Shown here: positions 25,707 through 33,431 of the stretch, one piece after another
Position numbering within the stretch: the first letter of the stretch is position 1
Layout of the letters: the number at the start of each line of letters is the position of its first letter
NCBI GenBank assembly: GCA_934667845.1
Contig: CAKUMQ010000009.1
Span: 1,369-65,368 of the forward strand
Origin: an uncultured Eubacteriales bacterium
Lineage (GTDB): Bacteria; Bacillota; Clostridia; Oscillospirales; Acutalibacteraceae
Length of the DNA stretch: 64,000 nt
Direction: 5' to 3'
The notes under the pieces: model-generated
Databases searched by the model: none
The model's input: the letters and a program-made list of their open reading frames with translations, nothing else
What the model was told of the DNA's origin: nothing
Translations under genes and position numbers: made by a program

Positions 25707-28310
25707 ATGAAATGCAAAAAAGCGGCTGCTTTGCTGCTGGCGCTTTGCCTTACAGCCGGCGGGCTGTCGGGCTGCCAAAACGGCAAGCACGCGAAAAAAG
25801 CGTATCCGGACTGGGTGCCGCAGACGGACTTTGACGCGCCCTCCATGGGCTGGGTGACGGTGGACGAGCAAAACGGCACCAAGCTGGAGATCGAGCCGGC
25901 GTCGTTTGCCATCCGGCTGACGCGGGGCGATACGGTCTGGGAAAGCCGTGACGAATCCGGCGACGAAGCCGAGGAGAACACGGCGTATGATTCGCCGCTC
26001 GTGCTGTACGGCTTGGAGATCGGCGGCGACGAGTTCGTGCTGGACGCCAATGTGTCCTGCATCCAGAAGGCGCAGTATGAGGTGACGATCGAAAACGGGC
26101 GTGTCAACGCCGTGTTCACCATCGGCACCCTCTCCACCCGCCTTCTGGCGCCGCAGGTCATCCGTGCAAGCGAGATGGAAAGCAAAATTTTTGCCCATTT
26201 GGACGAATCGGACTTGACCTATTTCGCAAAAAGGTATACTCTATACTCTAAGGAGGATTACCCCGAGGAGGACGCCGCCTATGCGGCGCTCAAAGAGCAG
26301 TATCCGATCATTGAAAAGAGCGACCTGTATGTTCTGCGCTCCGGCGTCGGCACACGGGAGAAAAACAAGCTGACCGAGATGACGCGCGAGGCGGGCTTTA
26401 CCGAGGAGATGCTCGATGCCGAATATGCGGCGATCGGGTTTGAGGATGAAACGGCGAAATCGGTGCCGCTGTTTGAGGTGCCGCTGACGCTGTATCTCGA
26501 CAAGGGCGACCTCGTGGCGGCGATCGACGCGGAGAACATCCGCTTTGACACCTCCGCCTTTGTGCTCAACCGCATCGACGTGCTGCGCAACCTCACGGCG
26601 TGTGACCGCGGCGTTGGCAAGGAGCTGTTTTTGCCGGACGGCACCGGTGCGGTCGTGGATCTGACGCGGGAGAATTACCGGCTCGGCAAGATCACCCGCA
26701 CCGTCTACGGCGACGGATTTGATCCCGCGGGCAGCTACGGCAGCGAGAGCGCGTCGTTCCCCGTGTTTGCCATGGAGCGCGAAAATGCGGCGCTGCTTGC
26801 CGTGCTTGAGCAGGGCGAAGCCATGGCGGAGATCACCGCCTCCTATGCGGGCGCCGTGGCAGGCGTCTGGCCGAGCTTTGTGCACCAGGCGATGTATAAC
26901 TCCTATGCGCAGGACGGCTGGAACAATATCGTGATGAACAGCTATAACCCCGAGCTGCCCGGCGACGTGACGTTTGCCGTGCGCTACCGGCTGCTTGGTG
27001 AGACCGGGTATGCGGCGCTGGCGAACAGCTACCGCGACTACCTCGCGGAAACGGGCGCGTTCGGCGGGACAAAGGCGGACGACACCCTGCCGTTTTATGT
27101 CGAAACGCTCGGCAGCGTCGATGTCCGTGAGCGGGTGCTGGCGTTTCCGGTCGAGCATGAGGTGGCGCTGACCACCTATGATCAGGATGCGGAGCTGATC
27201 CGCCGCGTGGCGGACGCCGGTGTGAAAAATGCCGTATTCCGGCTGACCGGCGCACTCAACGGCGGATTGATGAACAAGCCCGGCAACAAGAGCCGCCTGT
27301 GCGGCGTGCTGGGCAGCCATGCGGACTGGAACCGCCTGCTGGAAACGGCAAAGGAGGCGGGCATCAGCGTGTACCCCGACGTCGTGTTTGACGCCGTGAC
27401 AAAGGATGGTTGGTTTGACGGCTTTGGTGCGACAAGCGATGCGGCGCGCGGGCTGAATGAGCGGTATCTGAGCCGCTCGGTCATCAACCGCGCGACCGAC
27501 GAGCCGGAGACAGATGCCTATGCCTATATCGTGCGCCCGACCCGCGTATCGGACTATGTGCGGAGCTTTTTGAAAAAAGACCGGCTCTGCACCGATGCGA
27601 TCGCGGTCGGCGGCCTTGCCCAGATGCTGGCGGAGAGCCACACGTCTCAGGTACATATCAACCGCGCCGAAAGCAAGCAGCAGATCGTCTCCAGTTTGCA
27701 GGCGCTGTCCGAGAATCACAGCCTGCTGCTGACCGGCTGCAATGCCTATGCGCTGCCCTATGCGGCGCACCTGACGGGGCTGCCGACGACAAGCTCGGAA
27801 TACGCCGATTATGCGCAGAGCGTGCCGTTTGCGGCGATGGTGCTCCACGGCAGCAAAAACTACGCGCTGACGGCGCTCAACCGTGAAGCAGATACCGAGA
27901 CCGCCGTGCTCAAAGCGATCGAATACGGCAGCGGCGTGTCGGTGGTGCTGGCACAGCAGAATACCGAAAAGCTGCGCTCGACCGCCTATTCCTATTATTA
28001 TTCCGTCGACGCGGACTACTGGCTCGACAAGGCGATTGCCGCCTATGAGCGGGTGCAGGTTGCGGTCGGCGATGTCTGCGGCGAGGCGATCGTCGATCAC
28101 CTGACGGTGGCAGACGGCGTAACGCTGACCGTCTATGCGGGCGGCAAGCAGATTCTGGTCAACTACAACGAAAAGCCGGTGACGGTGGCGGGCGTGACGG
28201 TGGCTGCGCGCGACTATGCGGCGGCATCGCTGACCGAGGCGCAGCGCGCGGCGCTGCGTGCCCCGGCGACAGCCGACGCGTCCGCCGACGGAGAGGAGGG
28301 AGCAAGATGA
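25707..28310 (+). CDS. Large lipoprotein of unknown function (possible uncharacterised glycan-processing enzyme)
   Basis: 867 aa. The lipobox is GGLSGC and the RBS is AAGGAGGG. I see no catalytic signature by eye. From memory, proteins like this next to Yip1 proteins carry a DUF label, but I cannot verify that here. Confidence 0.8.
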   Translation: MKCKKAAALLLALCLTAGGLSGCQNGKHAKKAYPDWVPQTDFDAPSMGWVTVDEQNGTKLEIEPASFAIRLTRGDTVWESRDESGDEAEENTAYDSPLVLYGLEIGGDEFVLDANVSCIQKAQYEVTIENGRVNAVFTIGTLSTRLLAPQVIRASEMESKIFAHLDESDLTYFAKRYTLYSKEDYPEEDAAYAALKEQYPIIEKSDLYVLRSGVGTREKNKLTEMTREAGFTEEMLDAEYAAIGFEDETAKSVPLFEVPLTLYLDKGDLVAAIDAENIRFDTSAFVLNRIDVLRNLTACDRGVGKELFLPDGTGAVVDLTRENYRLGKITRTVYGDGFDPAGSYGSESASFPVFAMERENAALLAVLEQGEAMAEITASYAGAVAGVWPSFVHQAMYNSYAQDGWNNIVMNSYNPELPGDVTFAVRYRLLGETGYAALANSYRDYLAETGAFGGTKADDTLPFYVETLGSVDVRERVLAFPVEHEVALTTYDQDAELIRRVADAGVKNAVFRLTGALNGGLMNKPGNKSRLCGVLGSHADWNRLLETAKEAGISVYPDVVFDAVTKDGWFDGFGATSDAARGLNERYLSRSVINRATDEPETDAYAYIVRPTRVSDYVRSFLKKDRLCTDAIAVGGLAQMLAESHTSQVHINRAESKQQIVSSLQALSENHSLLLTGCNAYALPYAAHLTGLPTTSSEYADYAQSVPFAAMVLHGSKNYALTALNREADTETAVLKAIEYGSGVSVVLAQQNTEKLRSTAYSYYYSVDADYWLDKAIAAYERVQVAVGDVCGEAIVDHLTVADGVTLTVYAGGKQILVNYNEKPVTVAGVTVAARDYAAASLTEAQRAALRAPATADASADGEEGAR

Positions 28311-29224
28311 GCAAACCGAGCAAACCGAAAAACCTGTCGCTTGACAAGCGCATGGCCAAGCACGGCTGGGTATTTATCAGCCCGCTGGTCATCGGCTTCG
28401 TCGTGTTTTATGCGGATATCCTGCTCCAGTCGCTCCGCTTCGCCTTTTCGGAGGTCACCCCCGGCGACGGCATGGTTAACACGGCGTTTGCCGGTCTGAC
28501 CCATTTCCACCGCGCGCTGTTCGTGGAAAACGACTTCGTGCGCAGCGTGGTGCAGAGCGCCTGGCAGACGCTGTACAGCGTGCCGCTGGTCATCATTTTC
28601 AGCCTGTTCGTGGCGACGCTGCTCAGCCGCAAGCTGCCGGGGCGTTCGCTGTTCCGTGCGATATTCTTTATCCCCGCCGTGCTGGTGACGGGCGCGATCG
28701 CCGCCTCCACCTCGGGCAATGCACTGTCAAATGCGATGAGCGAGATGGGCGGCATCACGACGGGCGCGACGGCGGACACCTTCCGCATCGAGGATCTGCA
28801 GAGCCTGTTCGGCGCCGCCGTGCTGAATGACGGACTGTTTTCCTATATCCTCAGCGCGATCAACAACATCTTCAACGTGATCAAGCAGTGCGGCGTGCAG
28901 ATCCTGATCTTCATCTCCGGCCTGCAGGCGATCAACCCGTCTGTCTATGAGGCGGCGTCCATCGAGGGCGCCAACGGCTGGGACTGCTACTGGAAGATCA
29001 CATTCCCGCTGATCGGGCCGATGATCCTGGTCAACGCGGTGTACACGGTGGTGGATTCCTTTACCGCCGCCAACAACCAGATCATGACGATGGTCAATGA
29101 CCTCGGCGTGGCACAGATCGGCTATGCCTCGGCGATCGCATGGATGTATTTCGTGCTGATCCTGCTGGTGCTGCTGATCGTGGTGGTCTTTTTGAAGCTC
29201 ACCGTGCTGCGCAGCACGCGATAA
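28307..29224 (+). CDS. Carbohydrate ABC transporter permease (second pair, MalF-like with extended loop)
   Basis: 305 aa. The EAA loop is VYEAASIEGANGWDCYWKITFPLIGP. An ATGA overlap joins it to the upstream lipoprotein gene. Confidence 0.85.
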   Translation: MSKPSKPKNLSLDKRMAKHGWVFISPLVIGFVVFYADILLQSLRFAFSEVTPGDGMVNTAFAGLTHFHRALFVENDFVRSVVQSAWQTLYSVPLVIIFSLFVATLLSRKLPGRSLFRAIFFIPAVLVTGAIAASTSGNALSNAMSEMGGITTGATADTFRIEDLQSLFGAAVLNDGLFSYILSAINNIFNVIKQCGVQILIFISGLQAINPSVYEAASIEGANGWDCYWKITFPLIGPMILVNAVYTVVDSFTAANNQIMTMVNDLGVAQIGYASAIAWMYFVLILLVLLIVVVFLKLTVLRSTR

Positions 29225-29240
29225 AGGAGGGCGAACGGTA

Positions 29241-30185
29241 ATGACAACGGCAAAACGGGCGCTCCACCGTGTGCGGGCGCGGTATATGTCCTATCTGGTG
29301 ACGATATTCAAGGTTCTGCTGCTGGTGGAGCTGTCCTTCACGATCCTCTACCCGCTCTTTTCCCAGCTCGCCACCACCTTTATGACCCAGAGCGATCTGG
29401 TGGATAAGACGGTCGAGTTTTTCGCCAAGGAGCCGACGCTCGACAACTACCGCTATCTGGCGGAGTACACCGACTACTGGGTGGCGCTGCGCAACTCCGT
29501 GATCCTGTGTGTGACCGTCGGGCTTCTGACGACGCTTTGCGCGGCGCTCTGCGGCTACGGCTTTTCGAAGTTCTCCTTCAAAGGGCGCACGCTGATGTTC
29601 GGCATCGTGCTGTTATCCATCATCGTGCCGCCGCAGACGATCCTGCTTTCCCTGTATACAAAGTTCCGGTATTTTGACATATTCGGCATCCTGCGGCTGT
29701 GCGGCGTGAAGTCGCTGCCCAACCTGACCAACGGCGGCTTCCTTCCGGTGGCGCTTTTGTCCGTGACCGGCTTCGGCTTCCGCGGCGGACTGTTCATCTT
29801 CCTGATGCGGCAGTTTTACAACGGCATCCCGAAGGAGCTGATGGAGGCGGCGTATGTGGACGGCGCCAACGTCTATCGCACCTATTTCAGCGTGATCTTC
29901 CCGCAGGGGCGGACGCTGATGGTGACGGTATTCCTGCTGTCGTTCTCCTGGATGTGGACGGATACGTTTTATGCCAACGTGCTCTATTCCGGCTATGACA
30001 TTGTCGCCCGTATTGTTTCTACGGCTCGCTATATGTCTGGCCTCGGTGTGACGCAGGGCACGCTGACCTCCGGCATGTATATCAACACCGCCACCATGAT
30101 GCTGCTGGCGCCGCTGCTTCTGGTGTTCATCTTCGGACAGAAGCTGATGGTGGAGGGTATCGAAAACAGCGGCATTGTCGGCTGA
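29241..30185 (+). CDS. Carbohydrate ABC transporter permease (second pair, MalG-like)
   Basis: 314 aa. The EAA loop is LMEAAYVDGANVYRTYFSVIFPQG. The RBS is AAGGAGGG. Confidence 0.9.
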   Translation: MTTAKRALHRVRARYMSYLVTIFKVLLLVELSFTILYPLFSQLATTFMTQSDLVDKTVEFFAKEPTLDNYRYLAEYTDYWVALRNSVILCVTVGLLTTLCAALCGYGFSKFSFKGRTLMFGIVLLSIIVPPQTILLSLYTKFRYFDIFGILRLCGVKSLPNLTNGGFLPVALLSVTGFGFRGGLFIFLMRQFYNGIPKELMEAAYVDGANVYRTYFSVIFPQGRTLMVTVFLLSFSWMWTDTFYANVLYSGYDIVARIVSTARYMSGLGVTQGTLTSGMYINTATMMLLAPLLLVFIFGQKLMVEGIENSGIVG

Positions 30186-30227
30186 CGGCAGCAAACGGCA
30201 ACCAAAAAGTCCCGGGAGGATAAAGTC

Positions 30228-31289
30228 ATGAAAAAATACGAGCGGATCTACGATGATTTCAAAGCCGCCATCTACAACGGCGAGTACAAGGCGGGGGATA
30301 AGCTGCCCACCGAGGAGCAGATCGCCGCGAAATACGGCGTTTCCCGCGTGCCGGTTCAGCAGGCGATGAATGCGCTGATCGGCGGGAAGATGGTCAAGCG
30401 CGTCATCGGCTCGGGTACGTTTGTGACCTTTGAATCCCATCTGGCCATGACCAAAAACCGCAATGCGGTCTTTCTGCTCAACGAGATCGACCCCGAGACG
30501 GCGCAGATCGTTGAGGGAGCGCAGCGCGTGCTGCATAAACGCGGTATCTTCCTCTCCACCCGCTATTCCGGCGAGGATTTCGACAGAGTGGAGCAGGAGG
30601 TGCTGGAACAGCTCAAAAACGATGAGATCGCAGGGCTGATGATCTATCCGATCGACTCCAACAAGCGGATCGACCTGATGTATGAGCTGGTGCGGGACAA
30701 AAAGCCGCTGGTCTTTGTGGATAAGCTGCCGAACAATCTGCCCGCCAACTGCGTGATGTCCGATCCCATCTCCGCCATGGATCAGATGGTGGGCCATCTG
30801 GTAGAGCACGGACACCGGCGCATCGCCTTTGTCGGCCATGATCCGGTCAGCCGGTCCTCTGTCGGCCAGCGCCTGCGGATGGCGGCGATCGCCATGCACA
30901 GCCGCGGACTGGAGCTGCCGCAGGAATATGTCCGCTGCACCGGCAACGCCTACACGGATACGCTGGCGCTGCTGGATCTGCCCCATCCGCCGACCGCGGT
31001 CGTCTACTGCGCCGCCGTCAGTCTCTACACCTCCTATCAGGCGTATTCCCGCCGCGGCGTGCGGATCCCCGAGGACATTTCCGTGATGGCGCACGATGAC
31101 ATCACCCGCTACTGGGATGCGGTCGGGCGCAAGATCAGCTGCGTGCGGCAGGATTATGACGGCATCGGCGAGGCGGCTGCGAAGCGGCTGTACCAGTATC
31201 TGGTCAAGCCGGACGGCCACAACATTGTCGAATATGTGCCGACAGCCTTTGCGGATTACGGGTCGGTGCGGACGCTGAACGCGGAGTAA
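30228..31289 (+). CDS. AraR-type transcriptional regulator (GntR winged-helix N-terminus plus LacI/PBP1 sugar-binding domain)
   Basis: 353 aa. GDKLPTEEQIAAKYGVSRVPVQQAMNALIGGKMVKRVIGSGTFV is a GntR HTH. A periplasmic-binding-protein-like fold follows (RIAFVGHD..., AVVYCAAVSLY). Confidence 0.85.
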   Translation: MKKYERIYDDFKAAIYNGEYKAGDKLPTEEQIAAKYGVSRVPVQQAMNALIGGKMVKRVIGSGTFVTFESHLAMTKNRNAVFLLNEIDPETAQIVEGAQRVLHKRGIFLSTRYSGEDFDRVEQEVLEQLKNDEIAGLMIYPIDSNKRIDLMYELVRDKKPLVFVDKLPNNLPANCVMSDPISAMDQMVGHLVEHGHRRIAFVGHDPVSRSSVGQRLRMAAIAMHSRGLELPQEYVRCTGNAYTDTLALLDLPHPPTAVVYCAAVSLYTSYQAYSRRGVRIPEDISVMAHDDITRYWDAVGRKISCVRQDYDGIGEAAAKRLYQYLVKPDGHNIVEYVPTAFADYGSVRTLNAE

Positions 31290-31304
31290 AGGAGAGCTGC
31301 GGCG

Positions 31305-32051
31305 ATGAAGATTCTGCTGTTTTCGGATGTGCATGCCAATATTGACGCACTGCAGGCGCTGGAAAGTGCCGAAAAGCACTGGGACGAGGCGTGGTTCCTC
31401 GGCGATATGGTGGACTACGGCTTCCATCCGCACGAGGTGATCGCCTGGATGCGGGAGCACGAGGTCAAAGCGGTGATGGGCAACCATGACCGCCGCCTGA
31501 TCAACGAGTGGGACAGCGGCGCGCCCTGCCCGCCCCCGGAGGCGGCGGAGCGCTTTATCGACTACGACCGCGCGCTGGTCACGGCGGAGGATATCGCCTG
31601 GCTGCGCACGCTGCCGGAGGAACGCCGGCAGACGGTGGACGGCATCCCCTACTATATGGCGCATTCCTATGATGTACACGACCAGCAGCGGGCGCTGGAG
31701 GAGCAGGTCGCTTTCCGCTCCGGCCGCTTTTTTGAGCAGGTCTGGCGGGAGAAGATGGGCGAGGATGTGCCCGGCGAGCCCCGCCGCATCCTCTACGGAC
31801 ACACCCATCAGTGTACGGCGCTGTATGTCCGCGCCGGGGCGATGCTGCTGAATCCCGGCAGCCTGTCCTACCGGCTCGGGCCGGACGGCTGCTGCAAGGG
31901 CGGCAGTTATATGCTGATCGAGGACGGCGAGGTGAAGATGCGCTATCTCACCTATGACACGTCCCGCCTGCTGGCGATCGCGGAGGCGTCGTCGCTCAAG
32001 GGCTCGGAGATCGGCAACGCGCGGGTGTTTTTCTCGCCCGAAAAGCTGTAA
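31305..32051 (+). CDS. Metallophosphoesterase (YfcE/MJ0936-like)
   Basis: 248 aa. It has the motifs SDVHAN, GDMVDYG, GNHD and GHTH in the canonical order. Confidence 0.85.
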   Translation: MKILLFSDVHANIDALQALESAEKHWDEAWFLGDMVDYGFHPHEVIAWMREHEVKAVMGNHDRRLINEWDSGAPCPPPEAAERFIDYDRALVTAEDIAWLRTLPEERRQTVDGIPYYMAHSYDVHDQQRALEEQVAFRSGRFFEQVWREKMGEDVPGEPRRILYGHTHQCTALYVRAGAMLLNPGSLSYRLGPDGCCKGGSYMLIEDGEVKMRYLTYDTSRLLAIAEASSLKGSEIGNARVFFSPEKL

Positions 32052-32093
32052 CCCGGCGGGATCGCCGCCGGGTGGGTATCCTAACGGTCAAAA

Positions 32094-32126
32094 GCCGCTG
32101 CGGAAATATTTCGCAGCGGCTTTTTT
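32094..32126. terminator. Bidirectional rho-independent terminator between convergent genes
   Basis: The stem is GCCGCTGCG-gaaatattt-CGCAGCGGC. AAAA lies on the left and TTTTTT on the right. Confidence 0.8.
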
Positions 32127-33262
32127 CAGCGTTTTCCGGCAACAGACCGGCGGTATTCGCGCGGGGAGCAGCCGACGTATTGCTTGAATATACGGGAAAA
32201 GTAGTACGGGTCGGGAAAGCCGGAGAGCGCCGCGACCTGCGCAACGGATACCGGCAGCCCGTTTTCATCGGCGAGCAGCGTCTTGGCCCGCCGGATGCGC
32301 AGCGCCATCAGCGTCTCCATCGGCGAGCAGCCGATCTGCTCCTTATACAGGCGGCGGAGGTGCGTGGGGCTGTACGGCTCGCGCCGCAGCTCCTCCGCCA
32401 GTGACAGCTCCGGATCGGCAAAGCGCAGGAGCAGGGTGTTGTACAGAGCATCCACACAGTGCGAGCGGCGTGACCCGCCGCTGGCGGACTGCGCATACTG
32501 CCCGATCAGCCCGCAGAGCGGCTCGATCAGGGCGCGGTTGTGCCCGGCGGATGCCCAGTACAGCCGCAGCATCAGGCAAAAGAGCGTGCGAAGCGTCCGG
32601 CTTTGGTCGTCCGGGACGGCAAAGGCGTCGGCGGGCAAAAAGCTGTCGGTGCCGATGAGCACGTCGACAAAGCCCGCGCGGGCAGTCTTGTGCAGCGGCA
32701 CACGGGGCGGTACGGCGATCAGCGTGCCCGCAGAAAAGGGCAGGGACCTCCCGCCGACCGCGGCGGTGCCTTCGCCCGACAGGGTGAACAGCAGCGTCCA
32801 CTCGTCCGGCACGCAGCGTTCAAGCGCCGTCATCGGTGCGGCATCCTCCGCTGTCATGCGCGCGGCGTAGTCTGCGGCTGAAAACGGCTGATTGACCGTG
32901 ACCAGAAACGCGTGGACATAATGCGCGTCGCAGACCATGCGGACATACCGCATGTTGTCCCGCACCTCATAACAAAACACGGCGGTCTCGCTGTCGATGC
33001 GGTCGCAGACGGTCAGCCCGAAGCCGAGCAGCCCGCGCTCGATCGGCTGTTTTTCGCCGTCATAGGCGACCAGATGCCACCACTGCGTCGCGACGGCGGC
33101 GCCGAAATATACCCGGTCGCCCGCGCGCACCGGCAGAAAGCCGCCGGTGTAAAACGCGGCGTGCGGATCCTCCTCTGTGTCGCTGACCCAGCCGTTTGTG
33201 AGATCCTCCGTTGAAAACCGGTTGCCCGAAAGGGCAGCGCAAAGGGATATCTGTCTGACCAC
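32126..33262 (-). CDS. AraC family transcriptional regulator with an extra N-terminal domain
   Basis: The C-terminus is a double HTH (HLRRLYKEQIGCSPMETLMALRIRRAKTLL...VAALSGFPDPYYFSRIFKQYVGCSPREYRR). A cupin-like middle region precedes it. About 140 additional N-terminal residues show coding-like GC3 usage. The preferred start is GTG 33262, 7 nt after GAGGAGAG. Confidence 0.8.
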   Translation of the reverse strand: MVRQISLCAALSGNRFSTEDLTNGWVSDTEEDPHAAFYTGGFLPVRAGDRVYFGAAVATQWWHLVAYDGEKQPIERGLLGFGLTVCDRIDSETAVFCYEVRDNMRYVRMVCDAHYVHAFLVTVNQPFSAADYAARMTAEDAAPMTALERCVPDEWTLLFTLSGEGTAAVGGRSLPFSAGTLIAVPPRVPLHKTARAGFVDVLIGTDSFLPADAFAVPDDQSRTLRTLFCLMLRLYWASAGHNRALIEPLCGLIGQYAQSASGGSRRSHCVDALYNTLLLRFADPELSLAEELRREPYSPTHLRRLYKEQIGCSPMETLMALRIRRAKTLLADENGLPVSVAQVAALSGFPDPYYFSRIFKQYVGCSPREYRRSVAGKR

Positions 33263-33325
33263 GCGGCTCTCTCCTCTTTTTGACGGAATGTTCGAAAAAT
33301 ACAAAAAACAGGTTGGCAATATACA

Positions 33326-33354
33326 TTGCGAACCGTGCGGTATTCCTTTATGAT
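33326..33354 (+). promoter_or_regulatory. Sigma-A-type promoter for the SGNH esterase gene
   Basis: TTGCGA (33326-33331), 17 nt spacer, TATGAT (33349-33354). Confidence 0.4.
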
Positions 33355-33431
33355 ATTAGCATAGACGGGCAGAAAATACAAGTGCATTTTTCCTGCGCGT
33401 GGTTGTTTACTCTAAGAAGGAGGAAAACGGA

